DNA from: Lama glama
Lineage: Eukaryota
DNA: 64,000 nucleotides
Direction of reading: 5' to 3'
Assembly (NCBI GenBank): GCA_028534125.1
Contig: CM052817.1
Location: forward strand, 106,704,001-106,768,000
The position numbers and the translations under genes were made by a program. Shown piece by piece: positions 52,006-64,000 of this stretch; position 1 is the stretch's first letter, and each line of letters starts with the position of its first letter. Under the pieces are notes generated by a model. It was given only the letters and a program-made list of their open reading frames with translations. It ran no database searches and was not told the DNA's origin.

Positions 52006-55000
52006 ACATGCAAAGACTTAAGAAATACAAGAATACTAAATCTATTAAAAAATTGAAAGTTCTTCTCTAAATAGAAAAGAATCAAAGATCTATAGGAAAG
52101 AGAAAATCACAAGAGGAAAGGCAAATATATAAAAGAATTGAAAATCACTTAAATAAGCCAGAACATAGACTAAAAAATAATTCAAAAAATTTTGTAAAAG
52201 TCATTATAGCTATAATTAACAGCAAAAGGATAAGCATGAAGATGTAAAATAGAACATCAATATCACAGAATGTGGGCGAGGGACGTAAAAATCATAGATC
52301 CTTCAGAATGTGTTTGACTTATATAACTAGCAGTCTAAAGCAAGTAGATATCGTTACAGGTTAACACACTTGAAAACCAGGGTAACCACAACTCAAAATA
52401 TACAATAGGTTCACAAAAAAATAGAAAGAAAAGCTCTCAAGCATAATACAAAAGAAAACATCAAACCACAAAGGGAAAAAGAAAAAGACAAGACAAACTA
52501 TAAACATAGAATTAATTGGAAAACAAGGTTTAAAATGGCAATAAATACATACTTATCAATAATAACTTTAAATGTTAATGGACTGAATGCCCAGATCAAA
52601 AGACATAGAGTGGCATATTGGATTAAAAAAAACAAGAACCCGTAAGATGCAGAATACAAGAGAATAACTTTCAGCTGAAAAAATACACATAAAATGAAAG
52701 CGAGGGGATGGAAAAAGATATTTCACACAAATGGAAATGACATGAAACAGGGATAGCAATACTTGTATTAGACAAACTAGATTTTGCAACAAAGGCCATA
52801 AAGAAAGACAAAGAAGGACACTATGTAATGTTAAAGGGATCAACACAAGAAGAGGATATTACACTTGTTATCATATATGCACCAAATATAAGAGCTCCTA
52901 AATATATAAAACAAATACTAACAGGCATAAAGGGAGAAATTAACAGGAATCCAATTATAGTAGGAGACTTTAATACCCTTCTGACATCAATGGACAGATC
53001 TTCCAGACAAAAAAAAATCAATATAGCAACAGAGATCCTAAATGATACAATAGTACAGTTGGATTTAAATGATATCTACTGGACTTCAAGCACCTTTTCT
53101 GACCACAATGATATGAAACTAGAAATCAACTACAGAAATAAAAATGGGGGAAAAAATCATTGCATGGAGATTAAACAACAATCTACTAAAAAAAAACCAA
53201 TGGATATCAATGATTAAACCAAAGAGGAACTCAAAAATACATGGGGATAAATGACAATAAAAACATAACCTTACAAAATCTATGGGAGATGAAAGACCTA
53301 TATGCTGAAAACTATAAAAATTTGACAAAGGAAATTGAAGATGAATCAAAGAAATGGAAAGGTATCTCATGCTCTTGGATTTGAAGAATTAACAATGTTA
53401 AAAAGGCCACACTACCAAAAGCAATCTATGGATTTAGTTTGATCTCTATCAAATACTCATGACATCTTTCACAGAACTAGAACAAATAATCCTAAAATTT
53501 ACATGGAACCACAAAAGACCCAGAATTGCCAAAGCATTCCTGACAAAAAGGAACAAAGCTGGAGGCATTACCCTTCCAGATCTCAGACAATATTGCAAAG
53601 CTACATAAATCAAAACAGCATAGTTTTGGCACAAAAGCAGACATATAGGTTAATAGAACAGAATAGAGAGCCCAGAAATAAACGCACACACACAGTCATG
53701 TAATCTACAACAAAGGAGGCAAGAATGTACAATGGAGAAAAGACAGTCTCTTCAGCAAGTGGTGTTGGGAAAGCTGGACAGCCTCATATAAATCAATGAT
53801 GTTAGAGCACTCTCTCATACCATATACAAAAATAAACTTAAAATGGTTTAAAGACCTAAATATAAGACATGACACCACAAAACTCTTAGAAAAGAACATA
53901 GGAAAAACATTTTTTGGCATAAATCATAGCAATATTTTCTTAGATCAGTTTCCCAAGGCAAAAGAAGTAAAAGTAAAATTGAACAAATGGGACCAATCAA
54001 ACTTTTAAAAAATTTTTGCATAATGAACAAAACCATCAACAAAATGAAAAGACAATCTACAAAATGGAAGAAAACTTTTGAAAAGTATGCAACCCATCAG
54101 GGGTTAATATTCAAAATATAGAAATAGCTCATACAACTCAATATTCAAAAAACAAAAAACTCAATCAAAAAATGGGCAGAAGACTTAAATAGATATTTCT
54201 CCAAAGAAGACATACATATGGCCATCAGGCACATACAAAGATGCTCAACATTGTTAATTATTAGAGAAATGCAAATCAAAACTACAATGTGGCATTATCT
54301 CACACCGGGTAGAATGGCTATCATCAAAATGTCTACAAATAATAAATGCTGAAGAGGGTGTGGAGAAAAGGGAATCCTCCTACACTGTTGGTGGGACTGT
54401 AAATTGGTGCATCCACTATAGGAAACAGTATGGAGATTTCTTTAAATATTAAAAATAGAGCTATCAGATGATCCAGCAGTCTCACTCTTGGGCATATATC
54501 TGGAGACTAAACTAATTTAAAAAAATATGTGCATCCCAATCTTCATAGTAGCACTATTTACAAAAGCCAACACATGAAAACAACCCAAGTACCTCTCAAC
54601 AGACAATTGGTTTAAGAAGATGTGGTATATATATAAAGTATATATATATAAAATAGATATATATATGCAGTGGACTATTAGTCAGCCATAAAAGATAATG
54701 AAATAATGCCATTTGTAACAACGTAGATGGACCTAAAGAATATCATGCCAAGTGAAGTTAAGCAGAGAAAGACAAATATTATATGATGTCACTTATATGT
54801 GAAATTTTAAAAATAAAAAATAATCTATATATAAAACAAAAACAGATTTACAGATATAGAAAACAAACTTTTGGTTACCAAAGGAGAAAGGAAGGGGAAG
54901 GATAAACCAGGATTATGAGATTAACAGACACAAAACTCTATATATAAAATAGATAAGCAAAAAGGATTTACTGTATAACACAGGGAACTATATTCAATAT

Positions 55001-55128
55001 TTTGTAATAACCTTTAATCAAAAATAATCTGAATATATATATACACATACATATATGTAGCTGAATAACTTTGCTATACACCTGAAACTAACACAATATT
55101 GTAAATCTGCTGTACTTCAATTAAAAAC
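52006..55128 (+). mobile_element. Second L1 (ORF1 end, ORF2 with large internal deletions, 3' UTR)
   Basis: ORF 52828-53217 contains IYAPNIRAPKYIKQIL..IIVGDFNT (endonuclease); most of the RT domain is missing near 53287; intact 3' UTR ends CTTCAATTAAAAA. Confidence 0.92.
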
Positions 55129-55129
55129 A

Positions 55130-55555
55130 CACAATCAATCAACAGTATCTAATTGACATTTATACAACACTTCACTCAACAATGGCAGAATATTTTTTTT
55201 CAAATGTCTATGGGACATATACTAAAAGACAGCACATCCTGGGCCATGAAAATTCTCAGCTAATTAAAAAGAAATCATGCAGTGTATATTTTTTGACCAA
55301 ATTGGAATCAAACTAGAAATCAATAATAGAAAGGTAACAGGAAAAGTTCTAAACACTTGAAGACTAAACAGCACACCTCTAAATAACCTATGGGCTAAAC
55401 AGGATACCACAAGGGAAATTTTAAAAGTGCACTGATGAGAGAAAATTCAGCATATGAGTATTTGTGAGAGGCAGCAAAAGCCCTGCTAAGAGTTTTTTTA
55501 ACACTAGTTGCTTACATGATCAAGGGGAATGTCTCAAATCAAAAATCTATTCTCC
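55130..55555 (+). mobile_element. Old L1 ORF2 fragment
   Basis: ATCTAATTGACATTTATACAACACTTCAC...GGAATCAAACTAGAAATCAATAA. Confidence 0.75.
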
Positions 55556-57185
55556 ATTTGAGATTCCAATTGCATGTATGTTAAACTGTCTGATGTTGTC
55601 CCACAGCTCTTGGATGCCCTGATATGTTTTCTTACTTTTATTTTTCATTTATGCTTCAGTTTGTATTTCTATTGGCCTGTGTTTAGCTAGCTTATTTCTC
55701 AGCTATGTCAAAGTCTACAGGTCAGCCCATCAAAATCATTCTTTATCTCTGTTATTATGTTTTTAAAAAAATATTTCTAGCATTTACATCTGCTTCTTTC
55801 TTACAGTTTCCATCTCTACACTGAAATTCCCCATCTGTTAAATCCTACTGTCCACTTTTTCTCACTAGAGAATTTAACATATTAATCATAATTATATCAA
55901 AGTCCTTCTCTGTTAGTTTCAGCATCTGGGCCATCCTCTCATCTAGTTCTATGATTATTTTGTCTTTTGACAGCAGATTATTGTTCTTTGCTTTTTGTGC
56001 ATCTTATAATTTTTCATTGAATTCCATACATCTTGTGTATACTGGTAGAGACTGACTATATGTTATTTATGCTTGGAAATGTTCGTGCCTCTTCTTCTGC
56101 TAGGCTATCAGTGTGGAAGGATGGGAAGGAGTGAGTCAGTCTAGTCAGGCATTGAGCTGAATTTAAGGTTTTTTTTATTGTTATGGTAACTTTCACTGTA
56201 CTGCTTGCTTCAACTTCCTTTAGCATGTGTTTTAAGGTAGGGATGGGCCAGCATTTCCAGTGGGTTTTTTTGTTTGCTTGTTTTATGCTAGATCTTAACT
56301 TCCAGTCTTCCCTGTGCACCTGCATCACACAAGGCTTCTTGCTTCACTCATTTTCCCTAAGCCATTGCTATTGCTTACAACCCAGGAGCAAGAGGGGATG
56401 AGTTGTTTCTCTGCGGTCATGGTTCAGCCTCATTCTTAGACAAGCCATGGGCTCAGGTCTCTGGAGTGGAGCTTTCCTAATGATTGTGCTCTTCTTCCCC
56501 ATTGCAGCCAAACTCTGCCTTGACTATTCAGTGGGTGTTGTTTGCAAGAGAGTTCCCTGCCCATTGCCCAAGGATCGGGGAACATAACTATACTAGTGTA
56601 GGGTCCTAGCCTTTGCCCCAGGTTAGAAGGTTCCCCCCTCATTTTACTCTTTCCCCAGCTGCAATGGGTCTTCACATGTCCCTTGGGGATAACAGCATTT
56701 GTTTACCTTTCCCATATTTTGTCCCATGTGACAGAAAGTCCTGGAGGGGCTTTATGCTTTTTCCCATAGACTCTGCCACTGAGGAAGTCTCCCCATTCTC
56801 ACTCCTTGCTCTAAACTTTTCTCATGAGCACCCACTGGAGGTCTGTGGAGAAGAACTTGCAAGTGATTGTAAACTCTATTTGTGTCTATGACTCCCAAGG
56901 TTTCAACACTCTCACTTGGCCTTAAGAAACTCATTAAAAAGTTTACCTAAATAGCACCCAGCCTCTCTCCCTCCCATGTTGTACCACACATGAGCCAGTG
57001 CTTGCTCCTTATTTCTCCTTGGAGCAGACTGCTTGTCTTTGGATTTCCAGTTGGTTTCCCTTTGGCATCAGCTCTCTAATGATCTCAAAGGAAAGTCATG
57101 ATTTTTGTAATTTATCTGACTTTTCTTATTTTTAGTGTGGGAGCACTATTTCTAACTTTTTACACCCTTTTTACATCCAAAAAGT
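55556..57185 (-). mobile_element. Old L1 5' region (antisense)
   Basis: T-rich antisense ORF1 / 5' UTR-like sequence (GATGTTGTCCCACAGCTCTTGGATG...). Confidence 0.65.
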
Positions 57186-58291
57186 AGAAGCCTCAGAGTT
57201 TTCAGTTTATAATTAACATATACTGAGTAGAAGTCACTAATTCACATGAAGATTGGGATGACACTAATCACATAATTCTTTCCTGGAACCTCATTTTTTC
57301 CCCTTGCTTTCTGAACGATTTTGTCTTTTCAAATATAATCCTTCTGAAATCCGCTGTTAAGTTGACATACCTCAACAGCTGGTTTTTTGAAGCCAAAATT
57401 TCAATATTTTATGTATGATAGAGTTATTTTAACTATTTCTGTTTCCCTCAGTGTGGAATTTAAATTTAAGTTCTTATTTTAAATTAAATTGAGAAATTAA
57501 TAAAAATTTAACATTATGCACACTTTGAGATTTTTCTTTCTTAAACACAAAATTAAAACTGCTATATCATTTGAGAAATTGACAGAAGAATAATCAATAT
57601 GTTAAATTTTTAAAAGCTGGGAGATTATATTCAAAAGCATATGGATAAGATCATTGGCAATTTAAATGTTATAATCGTACACGGAATGGTAGAATTTTGG
57701 TTTTAAAAAATAGGAGAAATTAAAGGAGATTTTTTAATACATGCTTATCTCATTTTTTTTCATTTTTTAGTTTTATTAGGTAGGATCATTACAATTTGAT
57801 TGCACATATGCAATATATTGCATGTAAATACATATATATAATATACTGCACATATTTTTAAATTTATGTATATGTACTGTTCATTGTTTCTAGGAAATAC
57901 CTCATTTTATTGAACTTTACAGATATTGCATTTTTTTACAAATGGAAGGTTTGTGGCAACTCTGAGTCTAGCAAGTCTTTCAGTGTTATGCAATTTTAGA
58001 ACAGCATTTGCTCATTTTATGTCTGTGTGTCACATTTTGGTAATTATTGCAATACTTAAAATTTTTCCTTACTGTTATATTTGCTGTGTAACTGTGATCA
58101 GTGATCTACTATTGTAATTGTTTGGTAGCGCCACCAACCATACTTATTCATGACAGCATATTTAGTTGATAAATGTCTTGTGTTTTCTGTCTGCTCTGTT
58201 GATCAGTGGTTCCTTTGTTTCTCTTCTCCTTGGGCCTTCCTACTCCCTGAGACACAATAATTTTGAAATTAGGCCAATTAATAATCCTGGA

Positions 58292-60175
58292 ATGGCCTCT
58301 TAAGTGTTCAGGTAAAAGAGTCACATGCCTCTCACTTTGAATCAAAAGCTAGAAATGATTAGGCTTAATGTGAAAGATGTTTTTAAAGCCATGATAGGAT
58401 GAAAGCTACCCCTCTTGCAACAGTTAGCCAAGTTGTGAATGCAAAGGAAAAATTCTTGAAGAAAATTTGAAGTGCTACTCCAGTGAACACATAACTAATA
58501 AGAAGGTGAAACAGCTGATATGGAGAAAGTTTGAGTGGTCTGAATAGAAGCTCAAATAAGGCACAGCATTCCCTTAAACCAAAGCTTGACCCAGAGCAAA
58601 GCCCTAACTCTTTTTAATTCTATGAAGGCCAAGAGAAGTGAGGAAGGTGCAGAGGGAAAGTTTGAAGATAGCAGAGGTTAGTTCATGAAGTTCAAAGGAA
58701 GAAGCCATCTTCATAACATAAAAGTGCAGAAAGCTGCAGCAAGTTATCCAGAAGATGTAGCTCAGATCATTAACAAAGATGCCTACACTAAACAACAGAT
58801 TTTTAATGTAGATAAAAGAACCTTCTATTGGAAGAAGATGCCATCTAGGATTTTCATAGCTAGAGAGGAGAAGACAATGCTTGGCTTCAAAGCTTCAAAG
58901 AACAGTCTGACTCTTGTTAGGGGCTAATGTAGCTGGTGACATTAAACTGAAGCCAGTGTTCATTTACCATTTTGGAAATCCTAGGGCCTTTAAGAATTAT
59001 GCTAAATCTACTCTTCCTGTGCTCTATAAATGGAACAACAAAGGCTGGATGATAGCACATCTATTTAAAATATGATTTACCAAACACATTAAGGTCATTG
59101 TTAAGATCTACTACTAAGAAAAAGGATTCCTTTCAAGGGGGAGGGTATAGCTCAAATGGTAGACCACATGCTTAGCATACACAGGGTCCTGGGTTCAATC
59201 CCCAGTACCTCCTCTAAAAATAAATAAAATAAGTTAAACCTAACTACCTTCCCCCCTAATAAAATAAAATAAATGAAGATTTTTTTAAAGATTCCTTTCA
59301 AAATATTATTGATCATGGATAATGCCCTGGTCACTCAAGCGTTCTAACAGAGTTGTACAAGGAGATTAACTTCATTTTACAGTCTGATAAAACAACATCT
59401 ATTCTGCAGCCCATGGATAAAGAAATAATTTCAAATTTTAAGTCTTATTTTTAAGAAATACATTTCATAAAGCTATAACTGCCATAGATGGTGGTTCCTC
59501 TGATAGGTCTGAGCTAAGTCAATTGACTTCTGGAAAGCATTCTCCATTCTAGACGCCATTAAGAATATCTATGTGCAGAGATCAAAATATCAACATGAAC
59601 AGAAGTTTGGAAGAACTTGATTCCAATCTTCATGGAAGACTTTGAGGGTTCAAGACTCCAGATGAGGAAGTAACTGCAGATGTGGTGGATTTGCAGGAGA
59701 AATAGAGCTAGAAGTGCAGCCTGAAGACGTGACTGGATTTCTGCAATCTCATGATAACAGATGAGGAGTTGCTTCTTATGGATGAGTAGACAAAGTGGTT
59801 TCTGGAGATGGAATCTACTCCTGGTTAAGATGCTGTGAAGATTGATAAAATGACAACAAAGGATTTAGAATATTACATAAACTCATTGATAAAACAGCAG
59901 CAGGGTTTGAAAGGATTGCCTCCCATTTTAAAAGAAGTTCTACTGTGGGTAAAACGCTAGCAAACAACATTGCATGCTGCAGAAAAATTGTTCCTGAAAG
60001 GAAGAATCAGTTGGTGACGCAAACTTCATTGTTGTCCTATTTTAAGAAATTGTCACTGTCACCCCAGCCTTCAGCAATCACCACCTTGGTCAGCAGCCAT
60101 CAACATCAAGGCAAGGCCCCCCACCAGCAAAAAGATGATTTGCTGAAGGCTCAGATGATGGTTAGCATTCTTTAA
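58292..60175 (+). pseudogene. Disrupted Tigger1 transposase
   Basis: Fragment [44 protein letters not shown]; frameshifts, stops and a SINE insertion. Confidence 0.9.
59137..59286 (+). mobile_element. vic-1-like SINE inserted in Tigger1
   Basis: A and B boxes; TSD GATTCCTTTCAA (59125-59136 / 59290-59301). Confidence 0.93.
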
Positions 60176-60847
60176 CAATAAGGTATGTTCAAGGTATGTA
60201 CATTGTGTATTTAGACATAATGCTATTGCACACCTAACAGACTACAGTATAGTGTAAAAATAACTTTTATATGCACTGGAAAACACAAGTGTGACCTGCT
60301 TTATTGAGATATTCAATTTATTGCAGTGGTCTGGAACCAAACCCACAATATCTCCAAAGTATCTCTGTATGTACCAACTGCTATTTCAATACTCTATATG
60401 CAGTTTTAATATTCTCTAGCTAGTTTCATCAGTAACATACTAATCTTACTTTAGTTCATTTTAAGAAAAGGATGTGTCACCAGTAATCAAAATTGAACAT
60501 TTTTATAAAGCTGTTAAATCATTTCTGTTCAAGCTATCAAAACATTCTTGATAGAACTATAATTGGTAAATTCATCAAATTGGATATTCTACAAGTTGAA
60601 CTTTTCTTTAATTCATTTTTTTGTGAATTGATTTGTGAACTGTATGTTAGGAAAATTTTCAATTCTAGAATATTGAATATTGACCAATTTACCTGCACAC
60701 ATTAAAGCTTCAAAATTGAAACAACTGAAGCATCCATCAATAAGGACACATTAACCACATTATGGTATCTCCATAGAGCTGTGTCCAGAAGAGAATGGTG
60801 TCATTTCAACCAGACCGACATGAACAAACCTTCAAAATAAGCATTCA

Positions 60848-61045
60848 ACACTATATATAAAAATAGATTTTTAAAAATTTCTTCTGTAGAGCACAGGGAA
60901 CTATATTCACTATCTCGTAATAACCTTTAAAAAAAAGTATATGAAAATGAATATATGCATGTATACGCATGACTGGGACACTGTGCTGTGCACCAGAAAC
61001 TGACACATTGTAACTGACTGCACTTCAATTAAAAACAAATAGATA
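60848..61045 (+). mobile_element. Short L1 3' tail
   Basis: TCTGTAGAGCACAGGGAACTATATTC...GACACATTGTAACTGACTGCACTTCAATTAAAA. Confidence 0.85.
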
Positions 61046-61079
61046 AGAAGCAAAGCAAATTACCGCCATTAGAATAATT

Positions 61080-61270
61080 TAGTGATTCTGAAAGTGTGAC
61101 CCACAGCCCAGTATCATCATCACCTCCTGGGAACTTGTTAGAAAGGCAAATTCTCAAGTCTCAACTCTAACTTAGTGCATGAGAGACTCTGGGGAGTGGT
61201 GTGTTAAAGCAAGCTGTGTTTTAACAAGCCCTCCAGGTGACTGTGAAGCATGTTAAATTTAGAGCACTGC
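61080..61270. mobile_element. MER5A-like hAT-Charlie MITE
   Basis: CCTGGGAACTTGTTAGAAAGGCAAATTCTC...TTTAACAAGCCCTCCAGGTGA. Confidence 0.85.
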
Positions 61271-62344
61271 TGATATAATTAAAAGAGAAACAGTGCACAT
61301 ATGCATGCACACAGACCAACACAGAATGCATATGCATTCCTCTAAATGCAGAGAGTGTCCCCTAGAAGCACACAGGAATCTGTAAGAGCTGCTCTTTCTA
61401 GGCAAGAGAGCAGGCCAGAATGGAAATGAATTGAAGCTTATCATTGATACAGCCTTGTGCACACACAGAACTGGTTTAATGTGAGCAGCTCTGACAACAG
61501 TCATTTTTTTTTTAATCTTCAGGCTTAAAGCTGAAGAAATGTTCACAGCTATTATTCATGTCAGCACTTTTCTCTTTAAATTTCCATTGAAATGAAGAAA
61601 ATTTAGAATTAAAGCAAAGGGAAGAGAAAGCATTTTAAAATATTTTCTGCCCCTTTCTTATAGTAAACATATTAAATTTGAGAAAAGGTAGCAGGTTACA
61701 GTCAAGGTATATATTTCACTGTTAGGAATTTGAAGCAACTAAAGTAACTTTAGTTAGTAATTTAGTCATTATTAAGGTAACTTTAATTAATAGTCATGTT
61801 TTTATCTTTCTAAAGATTTTGCCACATGACATTTTTAGAAATGACTGCACAAGGTAGAAATTATTTGTAAAATATGGCAGAGTCGGTGTCCACAAACCAC
61901 ACTTTAAATGGAACACAAGGTATCATGTATAATTCATCTCCTTCACACTGTAGTGAACTTGGCAGTAACCTCAGTTGAAGCTTACAGATACAGACTTATA
62001 TTAAGTTTCCGAAGGAAAAGTCTGCAGTTACTTTTTCCATTCTATAAGGTTTTCTAAATTTGAAATATTCTAAAATGTTTGAAATATTATGTATCAGCAT
62101 ATCTTTAGACTTCTTTCTATTCCTAAAGCAATCCAGATTATTATCAACGAATTATTACCACCATTACAAGAAGCAAAAATATTTGGTATTTCTAAAGTTC
62201 AATATTATTTTCTTTTTGAGACTTTAATATGTCTTATTTTTTCAGACCACAAAGCAGGTAAATTGATATGTGAAGAAAGAACTGGAAAAAAAAAAGCAAG
62301 TCCTTGTGATTATTGTAAGTAATAAATTCTACTTATAAAAGTCC

Positions 62345-62880
62345 AGTGGTTGTGATAAAAATATGTCCACAACTTTTCAAATATTTCTCCCTTTAAGAGA
62401 TGGGATTTAACTCTTTTCCCCTTGAGTGGAACATGGCAGAAGTGATGTATCATTTCTGATATTAGGTTATGAAAAGGTTGTAGCTTCCCTTTAAAGTATC
62501 AAAAAAAAATAATCTCTTTCTTAGAAATTCAGCTGTGATGTATTGAGACCACTCAGGCAGTTTCAGAGAGCTCCACATGGTGAGGAACTGAGATTTCCAG
62601 CCGACAGACAGCAAAGAACTAAAAGCTGCCAACAAGCAAGAGAGTGAGCCTGGAAGTAGATCCCACTCACCCTCATCCCCAGTCAAGCTTTCAGATGACA
62701 GCAGCCCTTTCCAATTGTTGGCTGTAACTTAAAGGCAAAACCTGAGCCAGAACCTTCCAACTACTGATAACTCTGACTTTAAAATTCCTGACTCACAAAA
62801 ACTACAGGATAACAAATATTTGCTCTTTTAAGCTGCTGAATTTGGGAGTAATCGGTTATACAGAGATAGATAATTAATGC
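62345..62880 (+). mobile_element. MLT1E/F-like MaLR LTR
   Basis: TGAGGAACTGAG...AAGCTTTCAGATGACAGCAGCCC...TTTAAGCTGCTGAATTTGGG...GATAATTAAT. Confidence 0.8.
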
Positions 62881-62884
62881 ATGC

Positions 62885-63440
62885 CCTAAATCATAGTATG
62901 GGTTAAAGAGAGCAGACATCCCATTTGTACTTCCCCAACAGCCCTTGCTTTGTGGAATCACTCCCTTCCTGCCCTAAATAATCCTCCACAATTCATGACA
63001 TTCCTGGTATGACTTGACTTTTACTCCCTCCCTGGCAAGGAGGCCCAGACCAGCCCAGCAAATCAGAGTATGCAATGCCTTGAGCACAGTGACTGCTTCA
63101 GAGTGGAATGTTAAACTGCGCCAATCAGAATTCCCTCAAATAACGTTACCAAAGTTCCTGGGGAAAGCTTCGCCCTTCCTCAGAGATCAGCATTTCAAGT
63201 TTCACATAAGATTAAAGCTGTCAGGTCATCTTTTCACTGCATGGAAAGAGGCTTTCTGAAAATTAAGCCAGCAGATACGAGAAAGCAAGCAAATATGAGA
63301 CAGAAAGAGAGTGTGTTTTCATCCTACCTTTGAACCTAAATATACTATTATCTACCTTTTACCTCCGACTTAGATGAGCTTTTTTCCAAATTTCAGCTAT
63401 TGCAGGAAGTTGAGTTGGCTGTCTGTTTCTCAATGAGTCT
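62885..63440 (+). mobile_element. Degenerate ERVL/MaLR-type LTR
   Basis: CCAGCAAATCAGAGTATGCAATGCCTTGAGCACAGTGACTG...CCAATCAGAATTCCCTC; family uncertain. Confidence 0.45.
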
Positions 63441-63502
63441 GAATGAGTCAACTGAATGAGTTCTAATAAATTTGACAAATTTTATGAACTCAAAATACAC
63501 CT

Positions 63503-64000
63503 AAGACTTTTGCTTCTGGCCATGGTGAAGTTAACAGGAACAAGTTTTACCATCACCATAAAGAACTTCAACAAAATATGTGAAACCAGAGTTTTCAGAC
63601 ATTGGACGAAAGTCACCTCAGGGCAGTGATTCCTGAACAAAAGGAAACACATGATGTGAGGCCTTAAATTTCTCCAGCCTACTTGTCTGCAGAGTTCCTA
63701 GGTCTCAGCACAGAACAGTGGAAACCAAACAGACCCTGGGAGTCTTCCTGAATTGAAGAGACAGAGTTGAGAATTTGGGGAGTCCAAAGAAGCTAGAGTT
63801 TCTAGGTCAGAGTAAGAAACAGGAGAGTGGTACAGAGAGAGAAGTCTGAAAACCTGCAAGGGATTTCTCTTGAGTCTTCCGCTGAGTGCTTTTTAGCACT
63901 TGCATGTGAGGTTTGGTGAAGCAATTCCAGAGATCACTGCAGGCTGGGATAATTCATCCTCCTAACGGCTGGAGTGCAGAAATCTCTTAATGCGTGAGAC
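63503..64000 (+). mobile_element. Old L1 5' UTR, continuing beyond the window
   Basis: GACTTTTGCTTCTGGCCATGGTGAAG...AAAATATGTGAAACCAGAGTTTTCAGACATTGGAC. Confidence 0.65.

Larger units (their letters stand above)
57891..60367 (+). mobile_element. Near-full-length Tigger1 (TcMar-Tigger) DNA transposon
   Basis: 5' end AGGAAATACCTCATTTTATTG..., 3' end GTCTGGAACCAAACCCACAATATCTCCAAAGTATCTCTG followed by TA; about 2.3 kb excluding the SINE. Confidence 0.95.

Noticed and set aside
57808..57823. 16-bp palindrome ATGCAATATATTGCAT
   Set aside because: Lies in AT-rich low-complexity sequence where palindromes are expected.
1..64000. CRISPR arrays, operons or other prokaryotic systems
   Set aside because: The sequence is clearly mammalian and shows no repeat-spacer arrays or dense coding.

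Overview
AT-rich, CpG-depleted mammalian genomic DNA, very probably camelid (alpaca, vicuna or camel), because it carries eight copies of a tRNA-Ala-derived SINE resembling camelid vic-1. I cannot identify any known protein-coding gene; the ORF track is mostly spurious or transposon-derived. Much of the window is interspersed repeat: L1 fragments of several ages (including a 5'-inverted copy and a ~10 kb L1 block at 46.4-57.2 kb), L2, MIR, three ERV1-type solo LTRs with exact 4-bp TSDs, MaLR/ERVL LTRs, an ERVL proviral 3' remnant (LTR, dUTPase, integrase), a near-full-length Tigger1, hAT MITEs and a 500-N gap. The unique stretches hold candidate enhancers (two perfect TCF/LEF sites, one abutting a UPRE in a CpG-enriched patch) and several unverified minus-strand exon candidates. 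I see no evidence of a novel biological system. The most unusual directly visible item is a SINE whose TSDs enclose extra non-SINE sequence (possible 3' transduction). Repeat family names come from recalled consensus sequences, not from a database search.
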